Shown here piece by piece: positions 39,420 to 52,181 of a stretch of DNA of 64,000 nucleotides (position 1 is its first letter; every line of letters begins with the position of its first letter). This DNA is from Octopus sinensis (taxonomy: Eukaryota): contig NC_042997.1 of the NCBI RefSeq assembly GCF_006345805.1, positions 125,984,001 through 126,048,000 of the forward strand, in the 5' to 3' direction. The position numbers and the translations under genes are program-made. The notes beneath the pieces were generated by a model, which did not search any database, was not told the DNA's origin, and saw nothing but the letters and a program-made list of their open reading frames with translations.

Positions 39420-39825
39420 TATATCGCTGATGTGGCTGATGACAGTACCGCCTGATTGGCACTCATGCCAGTGGAACATTAAAAGCACCGCCCAAGCGTG
39501 ATCGTTGCCAGGGCCGCTGACTGGCTCCCATAGCAGTCGCACATAAAAACCACAATTCACATGTGATCATTGCCAGCGTTGCCTTATTGGCACATGAAAA
39601 ACATTTGAGCGTGATCATTGCCAGTGCTGCCGGACTGGCTCCGTGAAGGTGGCATGTAAAAGCACCCAATACATTCTCAGAGTGGTTGGCGTTAGAAGGG
39701 CATCCAGCTGTAGAAACTTTGCCAGATCAGATTGGAGCCTAGCGCATCCTTCTGACTCGCCAGTCCTCAGTCAAACCGTTCAACCCATTCCAGCATGGAA
39801 AACGGACATTAAATGACGATGATGA
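39420..39825 (+). mobile_element. RTE family A 3' end
   Basis: UTR subrepeats plus the conserved terminus and GAT tail. Confidence 0.8.
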
Positions 39826-40802
39826 TATATATATATAATTTTATGCCCACTTTCTGTAGTATATACAAAATTGGAACTGAACCAAATGGGGATAGAAATG
39901 CAACATTCACTTTATTAGAACACAATAAACAGATCTTTTTCTCTCCCTCCCCTGTGTGTTTATGTATGTATTAACTTTCACCCTAAACAATGAATATATA
40001 ATACTAATAGTAATTTAATTACAGTAGCAATAGAAAATTATATGACTTCATATCACCACCTATTGTAGAAAGATTTATAATCACGACTCTCATACTTGCT
40101 TGAGAAACATATTCTTCGCATATCTGTTAATTTCTTCCTCTACATGGTCTCCCGATATCTCTAAATACATGACTCTTGAGTTTAAAAAACAAATGGAGAG
40201 AGGGGTAGCTGTTGTTTTTGTTTTTCATTTTTTTTTAATCTACAACTGGCTGAAGACATGGCAAATGAGAGGTGTCAGTGTCAAGCGTTTCAGCAGGTCA
40301 ATCAATGTCACAAAATTACAGACACTTACAAGGTGGCAAGCTGGCAGAACCAATTAGCATGCCGGGCAAAATGCTTAGCAGCATTTCATCTGTCTTTATG
40401 TTCCGTGTTCAAATTTCACTGCAGCCAGCTTTCCCTTTCATCCTTTCGCAGTTGATAAAATAACTACCTGCTTAGTACGAGGTCAATGTAATCAACTTAA
40501 CCCCCACCCATCAAAATTGCCGGCCTTGTGCCAAAATTTGACATCAACATTACAAACACTTATTTTATTGTACTCATGTTAAAAGATCACCTAACTGTAA
40601 AGATATTCAACCAGCACCAGTTCTACCAAGTCTCTTCTCGCAGAGCAGAAATGGCAATTTATACATGCGTTTCCCACAGAAGTATCAACAACGAAAAGGA
40701 AGGAACTGGGAGTTGAACCTACGGTAAACTTTGTATATACAGCAGTATCACACTACCAAATAAATTATTTCTTGTATAGCTATGGTGTTGCAAATTTATT
40801 GG

Positions 40803-41195
40803 TGCAGAAGTGGCTGTGTGGTAAGTAGCTTGCTAACCAACCACATGGTTCCGGGTTCAGTCCCACTGCGTGGGATCTTGGGCAAGTGTCTTCTGCTATA
40901 GCCCCGGGCCGACCAATGCCTTGTGAGTGGATTTGGTAGACGGAAACTGAAAGAAGCCTGTCGTATATATGTATATATATATATATGTATGTGTGTGTGT
41001 TTGTCCCCCTAGCATTGCTTGACAACCGATGCTGGTGTGTTTACGTCCCCGTCACTTAGCGGTTCGGCAAAAGAGACCGATAGAATAAGTACTGGGCTTA
41101 CAAAGAATAAGTTCCGGGGTTGATTTGCTCGACTAAAGGCGGTGCTCCAGTATGGCCGCAGTCAAATGACTGAAACAAGTAAAAGAGTAAAAGAG
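40803..41195 (+). mobile_element. tRNA-derived SINE family B, complete, with internal (TA)/(TG) microsatellite
   Basis: A-box-like TGGCTGTGTGG, B-box-like GGTTCAGTCCC, then CTTGGGCAAGTGTCTT, an internal microsatellite and a GTAAAAGA tail. Confidence 0.85.
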
Positions 41196-43137
41196 GGATT
41201 TTTATGTTTAACGTCTTTTTCCGGTAATGTGAGAGATCAAAGCTCCACTTATCAACAAGTCCTAAAGAAAAAGGCTATATGTAATTGATACAAGACACTC
41301 CAGAAAATGAGGAAAAGAAGAAACATCTACTTGACCACCATCATCAGCAGCAGCATAATCATCATTTAACATCTGCCTGCCTTGCTGGCATGGGTTGATC
41401 TCTTATAATTCAATTAACATCTAGGATGCATTATTGGAATATTAAATCAAATCTGTGCTTAATTGATAGGCATCCTAACGATAGGCATCAACCCCAGAAA
41501 GATAAAAGACAAAAATTTTCCTTCATGGGATTTGAACTTGGAATGTAGAAGGCCTTAACTAATTATTGCTGATATTTTGTCTGATGTTCTGGTTCTGCCA
41601 ACAGAAGTGAAAACCATTTACTGCTAATTCCTCAAACCAACATAAGTTTATATTGTTTATCTGTAATATTCTTTCACACTCCCAATAAATTTATCTATCT
41701 CATAAAACGGATGGACACAAAAAGAATTAATTTTAATATTTAGAGAATGGACTAAGATTAGGATCAATAAAATTAAATTAGTGGGGAAGAGAAAGAGGGT
41801 GACAGATTAGTGTATGAACGATAATAGTTAATATCACTGTCAATAAGGTTCTGTAAATAATATCTCCAGCTATAAATAAGACTAAATACAAACCAAGAGT
41901 TCTATATGGTCATTCGATCTGCTAGAAATAATAGCCAAATCCCTTTCAAATCACAGCCTTATGTTTGAATTGCATGTAAAGCCACTATATATAAGAATAC
42001 ACCCACTGAACATAGTTCTATAAGTCGTCATGTCAGACAAAAGATGTTGAAGAAGGACAAAGAAGTCAACCACCATTTATGATACCTCACTAATAAATAA
42101 TACTAATATCCTCACAGCCGAAATTTTCATCCAATATGTTTGCTGTTGAAAATAGTATTTATTATTATTTCTAAGCTTTGTCATAAGACCGGCAATTTTG
42201 AGTGGGGTGAGAAGTTGATAACATCGACCGCAGAACTCAACTGGTACTTATTTTATCGACCCTGAAAAAATAAAAGACAAAGTCGACCTCGGCGGAATTT
42301 GAACTCAGAATGTAAAAAGACGAAAGACTAGAGAGAGCTAAGCATTTTGTCCGACACACTAACGATTCTACCAGCTCGCTTTCATAATAATAATAATAAT
42401 AATAATAACAATTGTTTCAAATTTTGCCACAAGGGCAGCCATTTAAGGGATGAGTAAGTGGCATATATCGACCCAAGTGCGTAACTGATACTTGATTTAT
42501 CGACCTCGAAAGGATGAAAGGCAAAGTCGACCTCGGCGGAATTTGAACTCAGAAGGTAACGCTAAGCATTTCGTCCAGCGTGTTAACAATTCTGCCAGCT
42601 CGCCATAATAATAATAATAATAATAACAATGATGATGATATCAGCTCTCCTTCCCTTCACTGTTTCTATCTAAAAAAAAGCAAAAAATCGAAGCCAGGAC
42701 TAGTAAAGGCTATAGGCACAAAACCACACATTTTGGATCGGGGTTACAATCAAATCCAGCACCTCGAGTTTATCGATTTCGATGGATGAATGACAAAATT
42801 TACCGAAACGAGATTTGAACTCCTCAAACATAAAGTAACAAAACTGTAAGATAGGCATCGTCCTCCTCAATCTTTCATTTCAAGTTCTCTGACTACTCTA
42901 CACAAGTACTCGCTTTCAAGAGTACACATACCCCTTTGTCAAATATGTGTCAGTGTGCACTAGGGTAAGTAATTAACTGCAACCTTAGAACCAAAGCAAA
43001 ATTGTTTAGTTCTTTGGGGGCGGGGTTTCAGAATTACATGTTATTTTTCTTGGGTTAGAAATTATAATTTAAAAAAAAAACAGGCTATATCTGACCAATA
43101 TAAACACCGTATTCAATTTTATTTTCATTGATTACTT

Positions 43138-43222
<85 letters not shown>

Positions 43223-44222
43223 GTATATATATGTGTGTATATATATATGTGTATATATATGTGTGTGTGTGTGTATATATATGTGTGTGTGTGTGTGTAT
43301 ATATATATGTGTGTGTGTGTATATATATATATGTGCGTGTGTATATATATATATATATATATGAGACAGAGAGAGACTGGAGAGAGAGAGAGAGCAATCG
43401 TAGATATACAACTAAAAATTTCCATACATAAAACATAATTGAATAAACTAAAAGGGAATGTGTATAGTTGTGTTTTTAATAGCCAGTGTGTGTCTACGAT
43501 AATAACCTGTATCATAGGTTCATGGTCACAAATTAAGAGGGAGTACAGTCGATTATATATCTACCCCGAAAATATGAATGGCAAAGTTTGATGTAAGCAG
43601 GATTTGAACTCAAAACGTAAAGAGGCGTAACATGTCTTAGTTTCAACATTCGATTGCAGATCAAATCGGCTGCAGGAATAGAGGGGGGGAGGGTTACATC
43701 AAAAATTCGCTTCGTAATTTGATGCTGTGCGGCACCTTATGTAAGTGTTCTACTAAAGCTTCGAGCAGATCAAAATTGTGTACGTAAAAATTGGTAGACG
43801 GAAACTTAAGTGGAAGCACGTAGTGGCACCGTTCCTATTCTTGGGGTAGATTGAATTCGTTACTAGATTTAATACTCCCACCTGAGTAGAGTCTGTTCCG
43901 TTGCAAGCATTCGGGCCAGATGTCCGGTTCCCCTACCTCCCACCAGGAACGGAGACTCCAAAAAGCGCTATGGGCAGCGTTCTACTTCTAAACCTTAAAA
44001 AGAATCGCATTAAAAAAATTTCGCAGAAAGAAAGGACATGAAGAAACAATTGTAAAAGTTTACTTGAATTTGGATATATCACCAAGTATTTGCAACATGG
44101 ATGAAAAACCATTGAACGAGGTACACACACACACAGTGAAAGAGAGAAAGATAAGTAGATAAAAAGACAGAAGAGAGAGTTAAGTCAATCTGCCACACTT
44201 CATTCATCATAAGGACATATAA

Positions 44223-44393
44223 GTGGGGTGATGTCCTCAATCAAGATTTTGGGAAGTCCGATTGAGTAATCGAGGTAAGAGCGGTGTGAACTATGATGTT
44301 GGGAGTGGTGGCAGTGGACAGGTAAGCGCATGAAAAAAAGGTGTGTAGTAGAATGTTGGTGACAAATGTAGACGTGGTGTGATTGGTGGGCGG
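44223..44393 (-). promoter_or_regulatory. Intronic SRE / NF-Y / Sp1 motif cluster
   Basis: On the minus strand: ATCACCCCAC (44232-44223, exact SRE-1), TTCACACCGC (44290-44281), ATCACACCAC (44383-44374), an overlapping CCAAT (44386-44382) and a GC box GGGCGG (44388-44393). Confidence 0.65.
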
Positions 44394-45192
44394 TCAGGTA
44401 GGACATGGTAAAATTATAGGCACGATATGATGGTTACTTTGGATCTGTAATGGATCAGTTCCAAGTGAATCCAGTCATTGTTTGTTGATACACATACAAT
44501 CATACCAAACCAGAAAAGGAGCCCTGAAGCCGTCACTCGAATTACTAGAAATAACAGCCAAATTAATCTTTAATCACAGATTATGTGGGTCTCGAAAAAA
44601 ATTTTTTTTTCTGAAAAACAGGATGTTCATGGATGGAATGTTTTTGATCTTAAGCCTCCTAGGTCAGCGTTGACCTGGAGCTAAATAACATCAACACAAT
44701 GTATTTGGAAGTTGGAGTGGTAGTAGTACACTATGCATATTTGTGTGATATGTCAATTTATCAGCTTCTAATAAATGGGATGCACATGTTTAGCGCGCAC
44801 TTACCACTTAGTGATGACTCGTTTAAGACAGAGCAGAGTTTGGTGTTTTTGTTGCAAAACACGATCACTTAGATTGAACAGAGTTACGATTAAAAGGCGT
44901 TGCAATTATGATCATCCTATTGTCTTCAAAGCATAGTTTACCCCTGACTATATTATCCTTTCGGTCTTTAATACGTATTTTTTAAAGAGAGGGTGGTTTG
45001 AGGGAGAATTAGCTGCTATTTTTGTAGGTCTAGTGACCTGATAGTGGCTCTCCATTGGATCGACATCGACAGAGTTAAAGATCCAGGTAATTCTCTGAAT
45101 GTTTGTGCAAGTACCATTCTACAGACTGATGCTACCATAAAGTTTCATTGCAATCACAAACGATATAAAGTAACAATACATCTAAAACATAC

Positions 45193-45237
<45 letters not shown>

Positions 45238-45798
45238 TATATATACGCGCACATACAAGCAGTATACATATTAGAATACAGTATGATGCAATTAGATTTG
45301 TTATAACGGTAACATGGAGCCAACATACATATACATACACACACACATATATATATTATATGTATGTATGTGTGTATATATATATATATGTGTGTGTGTG
45401 TATATATATATATATATAGTGGGTGTGTGTGTGTGTGTATGTATGAATGTTTACTTGGATGTATCTATCAAATAAAATTATGTACGTGTCTATCAACATT
45501 AAACATGTCAGTCTACTATATAGTATGTGGAGAACAGTTTATTGGCATTAGTACACTCATTGATATAATCAAAACAAGCACTGGTCGTTACATTTTACAT
45601 CAGTATACAAAAACAACTACATAAGGTTATCGAAATGTCGAATGGCAGGTGATCCCCGATATCGTAACCACCGTGTGTTACTGAGTGATGTGGTGTGTGG
45701 GTTTGTGTGTGTTTATGTGCGTGTGTGGACGCAAAAGCAGCAGCAATGACAATGGTACCGTAATGTCAATGACGGACAACAATACTACAAGCACTTAC

Positions 45799-45910
45799 CA
45801 TCAAGACCGTTTAGCAAGACATTATCGAGATCGGACGATGTAGTAAGGTCCGGCCCTAAATCGGGCAAAGAATCCGAAGAGATGTATAACCACCTCTGCG
45901 AGTCTGCCAT
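45799..45910 (-). CDS. SREBF: SREBP coding exon 1 (acidic activation segment), MADSQRWLYISSDSLPDLGPDLTTSSDLDNVLLNGLD + G
   Basis: Not in the ORF track. ATG at 45910 in context CAAAGATGGCA, 37 open codons rich in D/L/S, then a consensus donor G|GTAAGT (phase 1). It joins the phase-1 acceptor at 11036 to give ...GLD-D-MIKY, matching the phase-1 D-I-E-D|M junction of vertebrate SREBP exons 1 and 2. Confidence 0.85.
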
Positions 45911-45932
45911 CTTTGTTGTTCAGTGAAGCTTC

Positions 45933-45961
45933 AACTAACGCCACGAGACGTCAGCCAATCA
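45933..45961 (-). promoter_or_regulatory. Proximal motifs upstream of the SREBP ATG: CCAAT box, CRE-like site, Inr-like TTAGTT
   Basis: AGCCAATCA at 45953-45961, GACGTCA at 45947-45953, AACTAA (TTAGTT on the minus strand) at 45933-45938. The TSS is not known. Confidence 0.45.
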
Positions 45962-46374
45962 ACACACGTCTTTACCATCGGATGATATTTCGTCATCACA
46001 GCTGCCGCTCTTGTTTCTACCACTGCCCCTGCTGCCGCGGCTCTGTCTCTCTGTCTCTCTTTCTCTCTCTCTCATTTTCTCTCTCTCTTTCTCTCTCTCG
46101 CTCTCTCTCTCTCTCTGTCTCACTCTTTTTTCCTCTACCCTGTTTAATTTGTATATATATTTATATATAAATTCTTATGTATATATATATATATATATAT
46201 ATAATTTATAAACGTGTGACAGAAATAACTATAGATATCATTACATATGTGTGTGTGTGTGTGCTTATAGCTGTGTATAGTGTATATAAATGTGTGTGAC
46301 TGTGTGCGCGTGTGAGTGTATATATGTGTGTGTGTGTCTGTTAACTCCCACCACACCTTGGAGCTATTGGTAAC

Positions 46375-46545
46375 AACCCGTTAACGACTTGCTATCGTCA
46401 CTTCCGCTCCGGTTACGTTTTATCCGGTTGCGCGGGTTTTGTCTCCCGTAAATATTGATTTACTTTGAGCTGACATATAACCAATCATATTATACAGTCA
46501 TATAGTCAAAGCCAGTTATATTATCGGTGCTTATTCCATTGGTAC
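46375..46545. promoter_or_regulatory. CpG-rich putative upstream promoter segment
   Basis: Local CpG enrichment, ETS-type ACTTCCG at 46400-46406, CCAAT at 46481-46485 and ATTGG at 46538-46542. Confidence 0.4.
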
Positions 46546-47282
46546 CAGGCAAATAAAAGACAATATCATCTCCAGTTTGGACTGAATTATAAACCGAGAG
46601 TAGCTAAACTAAATATTAAGTTATCTAGTGTGGCTCTGATACAACTGAGATGGGAAGTGGTCCTAAACAGGTTCCATTTATGAGTGAACAACTGACGTGA
46701 AAATGGATGAGCCATAGAACTGGTAGACGAGTGAATGACGGGAATAAAACCTGAGTGATGATATTTTTGTTGTGTTGTTTCCTTTGCATCCATAATCAAA
46801 TTTATGACCCCCTAAATGAGAAACATTGAAGGAAGGGGATTGTTGGTTTTATTGGCCAGAATATGGATCTGAAGTTAATTAAACAACTTAATTCATCTTC
46901 TTCCAAAGAGATGACACCCCAAGTAGTTTCCGGTTGGGTATGAAATTTGAACCTACATACCGCATTCTTGTGCCCAAATCTTTACCGTTTCTGTTATCCA
47001 ACGAGCCCACATCATACAATCCCACATCTTGTGGGAAGACTACACTCGAACAAATCGGTTACAGTGCTTGGCTAATATTTATTATAAGGATTGCCTTATT
47101 GATTTTAAAAGGCAAAGTTCACTATCTGTGGGATTTGAATGTAATGTTACTACCTACCATAAGATATTTTATCCATCCTCCCACGTTCGATCGTCGATTA
47201 CTCATCAAGCATCATAATGAGAAGGCGGATTTAAAATTAAACGGACGCTATTTAATTTTACCAGTCCATATTAACTTTAGAT

Positions 47283-47847
47283 CAGGACTGGCCAACTTGA
47301 GGCCCGCGGCTCGCAGACTTTTATCTTGCGGCGCGCTTAATACTTTCTTGAAATGGGTTTATTTTTAACAAACATTTTTTAAAATTTATCAAAAATTATT
47401 AAAGATCCTAATGAAAAGTAAAAAAGAAAGATACTACTGTTTTTGCAACGATAATATATTTCTTTACAACCCACAAGGGGCTAAACGTAGAGGGGACAAA
47501 CAAGGACAGACAAAGGGATTAAGTCGATTATATCGACCCCGGGGCGAAACTGGTACTTTATCGACCCCGAAAGGATGAAAGGCAAAGTCGACCTCGGCGG
47601 AATTTGAACTCAGAATGTAACGACAGACGAAATACAGCTAAGCATTTCGCCCGGCGCGCTAACGTTTCTGCCAGCTCGCCGCCTTTTGCAAGGATATTTC
47701 ATGTCGAATCAACGACCGCTCATTCATTATTGTAATAATAGCATGAAAAAGGAAAGCGATTTTAATTCTGTCAGTATACAAGTGGCCTTCAACAAAACTT
47801 TCTGTAATTAAAGTGGCCTGCAATGTTATTCGAGTTGGCCACGCCTG
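47283..47847. mobile_element. hAT-type MITE
   Basis: TIRs CAGGACTGGCCAAC / GTTGGCCACGCCTG, with a degenerate 8-bp TSD CTTTAGAT / CTTGAGAC. Confidence 0.7.
47463..47683 (-). mobile_element. tRNA-derived SINE family C, nested in a hAT MITE
   Basis: Head GGCGGCGAGCTGGCAGAAACG, B-box-like GAGTTCAAATTCC, body GTCGACTTTGCCTTTCATCCTTTCGGGGTCGATAAA. Confidence 0.85.
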
Positions 47848-50420
47848 CTTGAGACCATTTCATATAATTGGTTTTGTATGAAACCTATGTACGAAGGAAA
47901 CATCCGACAGTTTGGAATCAGTTATAAAGTGTTATAAGTTGTGATGTACTTATAAATCAATTATAAGTGCATTACAAACTTAGATAAGAAGACATTACAG
48001 ACAGAATAAAAGCTGAAGGATTCCTGTCGTTAGAACTCAGGACACAAAAACTTTATCACTGTGGACGAAATCTTGCAGAGTTCTTTGATTATATGTCAAT
48101 TATAAAGCATGCTGGAAAAAGTATATGTAACATCAGAACTGTAACGGTTAGTGTTTGTGTCCTCTTCATTGTTTAGTAGTAAACACAGAGAGATAGAATG
48201 ATGTTGTAAGAGAACAGAATTAGAGCTAGAGAGAATTGTAGGGTGTTGTCTCACAGTTGCTTTCTCCCTCTGACCAAAGTTCTAGCTGGTCAACCAGACT
48301 TCGTTGAGTAGTCACGACTGTGATGAACTGCTTTTTGCTTGGGATATGCTTGCTTATATAAAGATCCAGAAGGATAGATATATCATTGAGAACAATAGAT
48401 TTAGTTGGTGGTCTTGTTATCTATTCTAGCTTTTGGTGAAGTAGAAGAGGTTAGAAAGGGTCAAGTAGTGAAGACATTATTTCGGCCTAGCTAAAGGCAT
48501 CTGGAAAATGTAAAGCTGCTGTCAGAGAAAAACCATTATTCCACCGTGGGAAAAGTTCTGTGCAGTGTTAATTTAAATTTGGCTATGGTGGATCGAATCT
48601 ACTTCATGCATGCAAGATTCGCTACAGAACTGATATAATAAGGAGCACAGTAAACACTGATGTCAAAAACTAAAGAACATTCACCTGCAAGCTTATTAGC
48701 ATAGCTAATAGCAAAACACAACCAAATACTGGTTACCAAAGGAGTCAAATCCAACAGTGGATAGGAGGAGCACACAGATGTTTTCATATCGCCATAAGGC
48801 ATTCAAAATGAGAATGGAACTAGATGAGAATAATTATTGAAGTGGTCATAAAAACACTATAATGGTTACAGATTCAGTAATTATTACTGTTGTAAGGAAA
48901 ACAGATTAATTAGGTTGTGTACATGATAGCTAAGCAATTATTCATAAAATATATTTCCTCTGTTAACTGTTTAACCAGGTAAACTGGTGAGATAAATAGA
49001 AAATTTTATATCAAACTAGACAACATAACTGGGAGCATAACTTTGTAATTTCAGGAGAATAGGGAAAGTCAATTCTAGTTCTCAACTAGGTGAAAGCCAA
49101 AGTGGAATTTGAACTCAGAATGTAAAGCCAGACTAAATGCTGCTGAGCATTTTGCGTGGCATGCTAAAAATTTCGCAAGCTTGCTGCCTTAGGAAATATA
49201 GATATTTGTTTCAAATTTTCGCACAAGGCCAGCAATTTCGGGGAAGGGGATAAGTCAATTGCAGCTACCCCAGTGCTCAACCGGTACTTATTTTATCGAT
49301 CCCAAAAGGATGAAAGGCAAGGTTGACCTCAGCAGAATTTGAACTCAGAATGTAAAAATGGATGAAATGCCACTAAGCAATTTGTCTGACATGCTAATGA
49401 TTCTGCTAGCTTGCCACCTAAAAGAAGTGCCATCTTCAAGAACACAACGCTTTGACTGGTTCAGGAATCAAACGCAAGTCCTTATAATCATAATCCTAAC
49501 ACCATACTCTCTTGGCTGCACATGTTTATGTAAGAAGTATAAATATTACTTAACTAATGTGCTGCTGTTATTTGTTGGGTATCTAGGACCACATTATCTA
49601 ATTTGCAATTTCTGTTTATTGAGATGAAATTTTACTGCTATTTTTATATATTGAATAACCACATTGTGAAGGCTGGTGTTTCAGACCAGACTGTCCAATA
49701 AGTCATGTATGTTAGGTTGCATGACAGGCAGCATCTTGTCAGTCATCTAGTCCCACTTCTGATAAACTGGTGCTTTAAAAAAAATCTCAAAGGTTAATTA
49801 CTTAGGGGTGCCATTCACCTGAAAGATAATAGTGAAATTAACGTTAATATATTTAATGTGGTAAGCGCAAAAAATCTAATGAAAATGTGTATGGTGAGAA
49901 AAGGATATTTGCAAAATTTTAACAATGATTAAAATAATATTAATCATTGAGATAATGTCTTTTTCCTTACTAATTAGATTTTTAATGCTACTTATATTAA
50001 ATATAATTAACACTAACTTTCTATAAATAGTTACAATTGGAAAATATAAAGCCAAGTCAATTGGCATAGTCATTAGGACATCAGATAGAATTCATTGCAA
50101 TATTTGTTGCGGCTCTAAGGCAGCAGGCTGGCAGAAACATTAGCATGCCTGGCGAAATGCTTGGCAGCATTTTGTCTGTCTTTACGTTCTGAGTTCAAAT
50201 TCTGCCTAGGTCAACTTTGCATTTCAACCTTTTGGAGTCAATAAATTAAGTACCAGTTGTATACTGGGGTCAATCTAATCGACTGGCCCCTCCTCCAAAA
50301 TTTCGGGCCTTGTGCCTAGAGTAGAAAAGAATATTTGTTGGGGCTCTGTATCGTGAGTAAAAATCCTGCCATGGTCATCTTTGCCATTCATCCTTTCTGC
50401 AGTCAATAAAGTGCTGGTAC

Positions 50421-50472
<52 letters not shown>

Positions 50473-51486
50473 ACCTGCTGACAGATCCTGGTTATTCTGT
50501 GAGGTCAAAGGTGGGAGAATCAAGAGGAAATGTGTCTGTTCACAGTTCCATTGACATCCAATACCTATTTCTTTACTACCCACAAGGGGCTAAGCACAGA
50601 GAGGACAAGCAAACGGATTAAGTCGATTATATCGACCCCAGTGCGTAACTGGTACTTAATTTATTGACCCCGAAAGGATGAAAGGCAAAGTCGACCTCGG
50701 CGGAATTTGAACTCAGAACGTAACAGCAGACGAAATACAGCTATGCATTTTGCCCGGCGTGCTATCGTTTCTGCCAGCTTGCCGCCTTTGACATCCAATA
50801 CCATTAACAAACACATGCCACATGCTTATATTAAGTCATCGACAATGAGCAACTGCCATAGGCATAGTTCTGTGGTAAAATGTTTGCTTCCCAACCACTT
50901 GGTTCCAGGTTCAGTCCCACAACATAGTACCTTGTGGCATCAGTACCTGTGCTTTTTACATGGCACCATGGTTTTAGGATACTAATTCTGTTGTGGAGGA
51001 TGAGCGTTCATGAGTACAGCAATGCACCCTATATCTTGGCTATATAAGATATTCAGAGGATGAATGGCAATGCAAAATGATCTTCATAGGCTGCTGAGAT
51101 TGATGTTGGTTGAGCATCTGCTGGAAAAATGGTTGAAGAAAGTGTTTATTGTAGGATCTTCAAGATGAAGGTGATGGAAGGAGACGTGGGTGAGCTTAGG
51201 TGAAGGAAATATTTAAACAGACACTCATACGCACACATATACATGATGGTCTAACTGTGGATATACTCTTTTACTCTTTTACTTGTTTCAGTCATTTGAC
51301 GGTGGCCATGCTGGAGCACCGCCTTTACTCAAGCAAATCGCCCCCAGGACTTATTCTTTGTAAGCCTAGTACTTGTTCTGTCGGTCTCTTTTGCCAAACC
51401 GCTAAGTTACGAGGACGTAAGCACACCAGCATCGGTTGTCAAGCGATGTTGGGGGAACAAACACAGACACACAAACATATACACAC

Positions 51487-51548
<62 letters not shown>

Positions 51549-51817
51549 GTGTAAATGTAATATGTGACAATTATTCGGTAGCCATGATAAAACACCGAAT
51601 GGTGAGAGTGAGGTTGTGTACGTTTTCAAGTGAGGGTGGATGAATGTATACTTTTAGGCACACGCTCGTAGGTGTGCAGGCGCACATGTGTAGGTATGAA
51701 CATGCACGCTTACACGAGTACTATGAACTTTTTACTCCCTCCTCTCACTTAGCGGTCATTCAAATAGCTCTTTTGTCTTAATAACGGTAATTTTTCATAA
51801 CCTTTTTCCGATGGCTG

Positions 51818-51878
51818 GATAACTGAAGAGATGGCAGCATTGATTTCCACCTCGACATCCGAAACTCGGAGTTTTATC
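51818..51878 (+). ncRNA. Minimal type-I hammerhead motif with canonical core
   Basis: GATAA-CTGAAGA-GATG(22 nt)CATC-C-GAA-ACTC-G-GAGT-T/TTATC. Confidence 0.65.
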
Positions 51879-52011
51879 ATGGCTACTGAATAATCATCAC
51901 ATATTACATTTACAGATAAATTCCTCTATTTACATAATATCGAGGTCTCTTTCTTTCTTTTGTTGTCTTACCATTTTTACCAATATATATATATATATAT
52001 ATTTATATATC

Positions 52012-52181
52012 CAGTGGCACGTAAAAAGCACCCAGTACACTCTCGGAGTGGTTGGCATTAGGAAGGGCATCCAGGCTTCTAGATTGAAGCCTGGTGCAGC
52101 CATCTGGTTCGCCAGCCCTCAGTCAAATCGTCCAACCCATGCTAGCATGGAAAGCAGACGTTAAACAATGATGATGATGAT
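52012..52181 (+). mobile_element. RTE family A 3' end
   Basis: Conserved terminus and GAT tail. Confidence 0.8.

Larger units (their letters stand above)
11037..45798 (-). other. SREBF: SREBP intron 1 (about 34.8 kb, repeat-filled)
   Basis: Lies between the exon 1 donor and the exon 2 acceptor. No other convincing coding exon was seen inside it. Confidence 0.8.

Noticed and set aside
42202-42211. CTCACCCCAC SRE-like site
   Set aside because: It falls in the variable G-rich segment of a SINE C copy with no adjacent NF-Y or Sp1 site. Not excluded, but unsupported.
36966-43515. Many YIYI, CVCV and HTHT ORFs here and across the window
   Set aside because: They are translations of dinucleotide microsatellites.
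44798-44805. Strong minus-strand donor TG|GTAAGTG as a possible alternative first exon
   Set aside because: No ATG in the phase-1 frame upstream, and several such heptamers are expected by chance. It needs transcript data.
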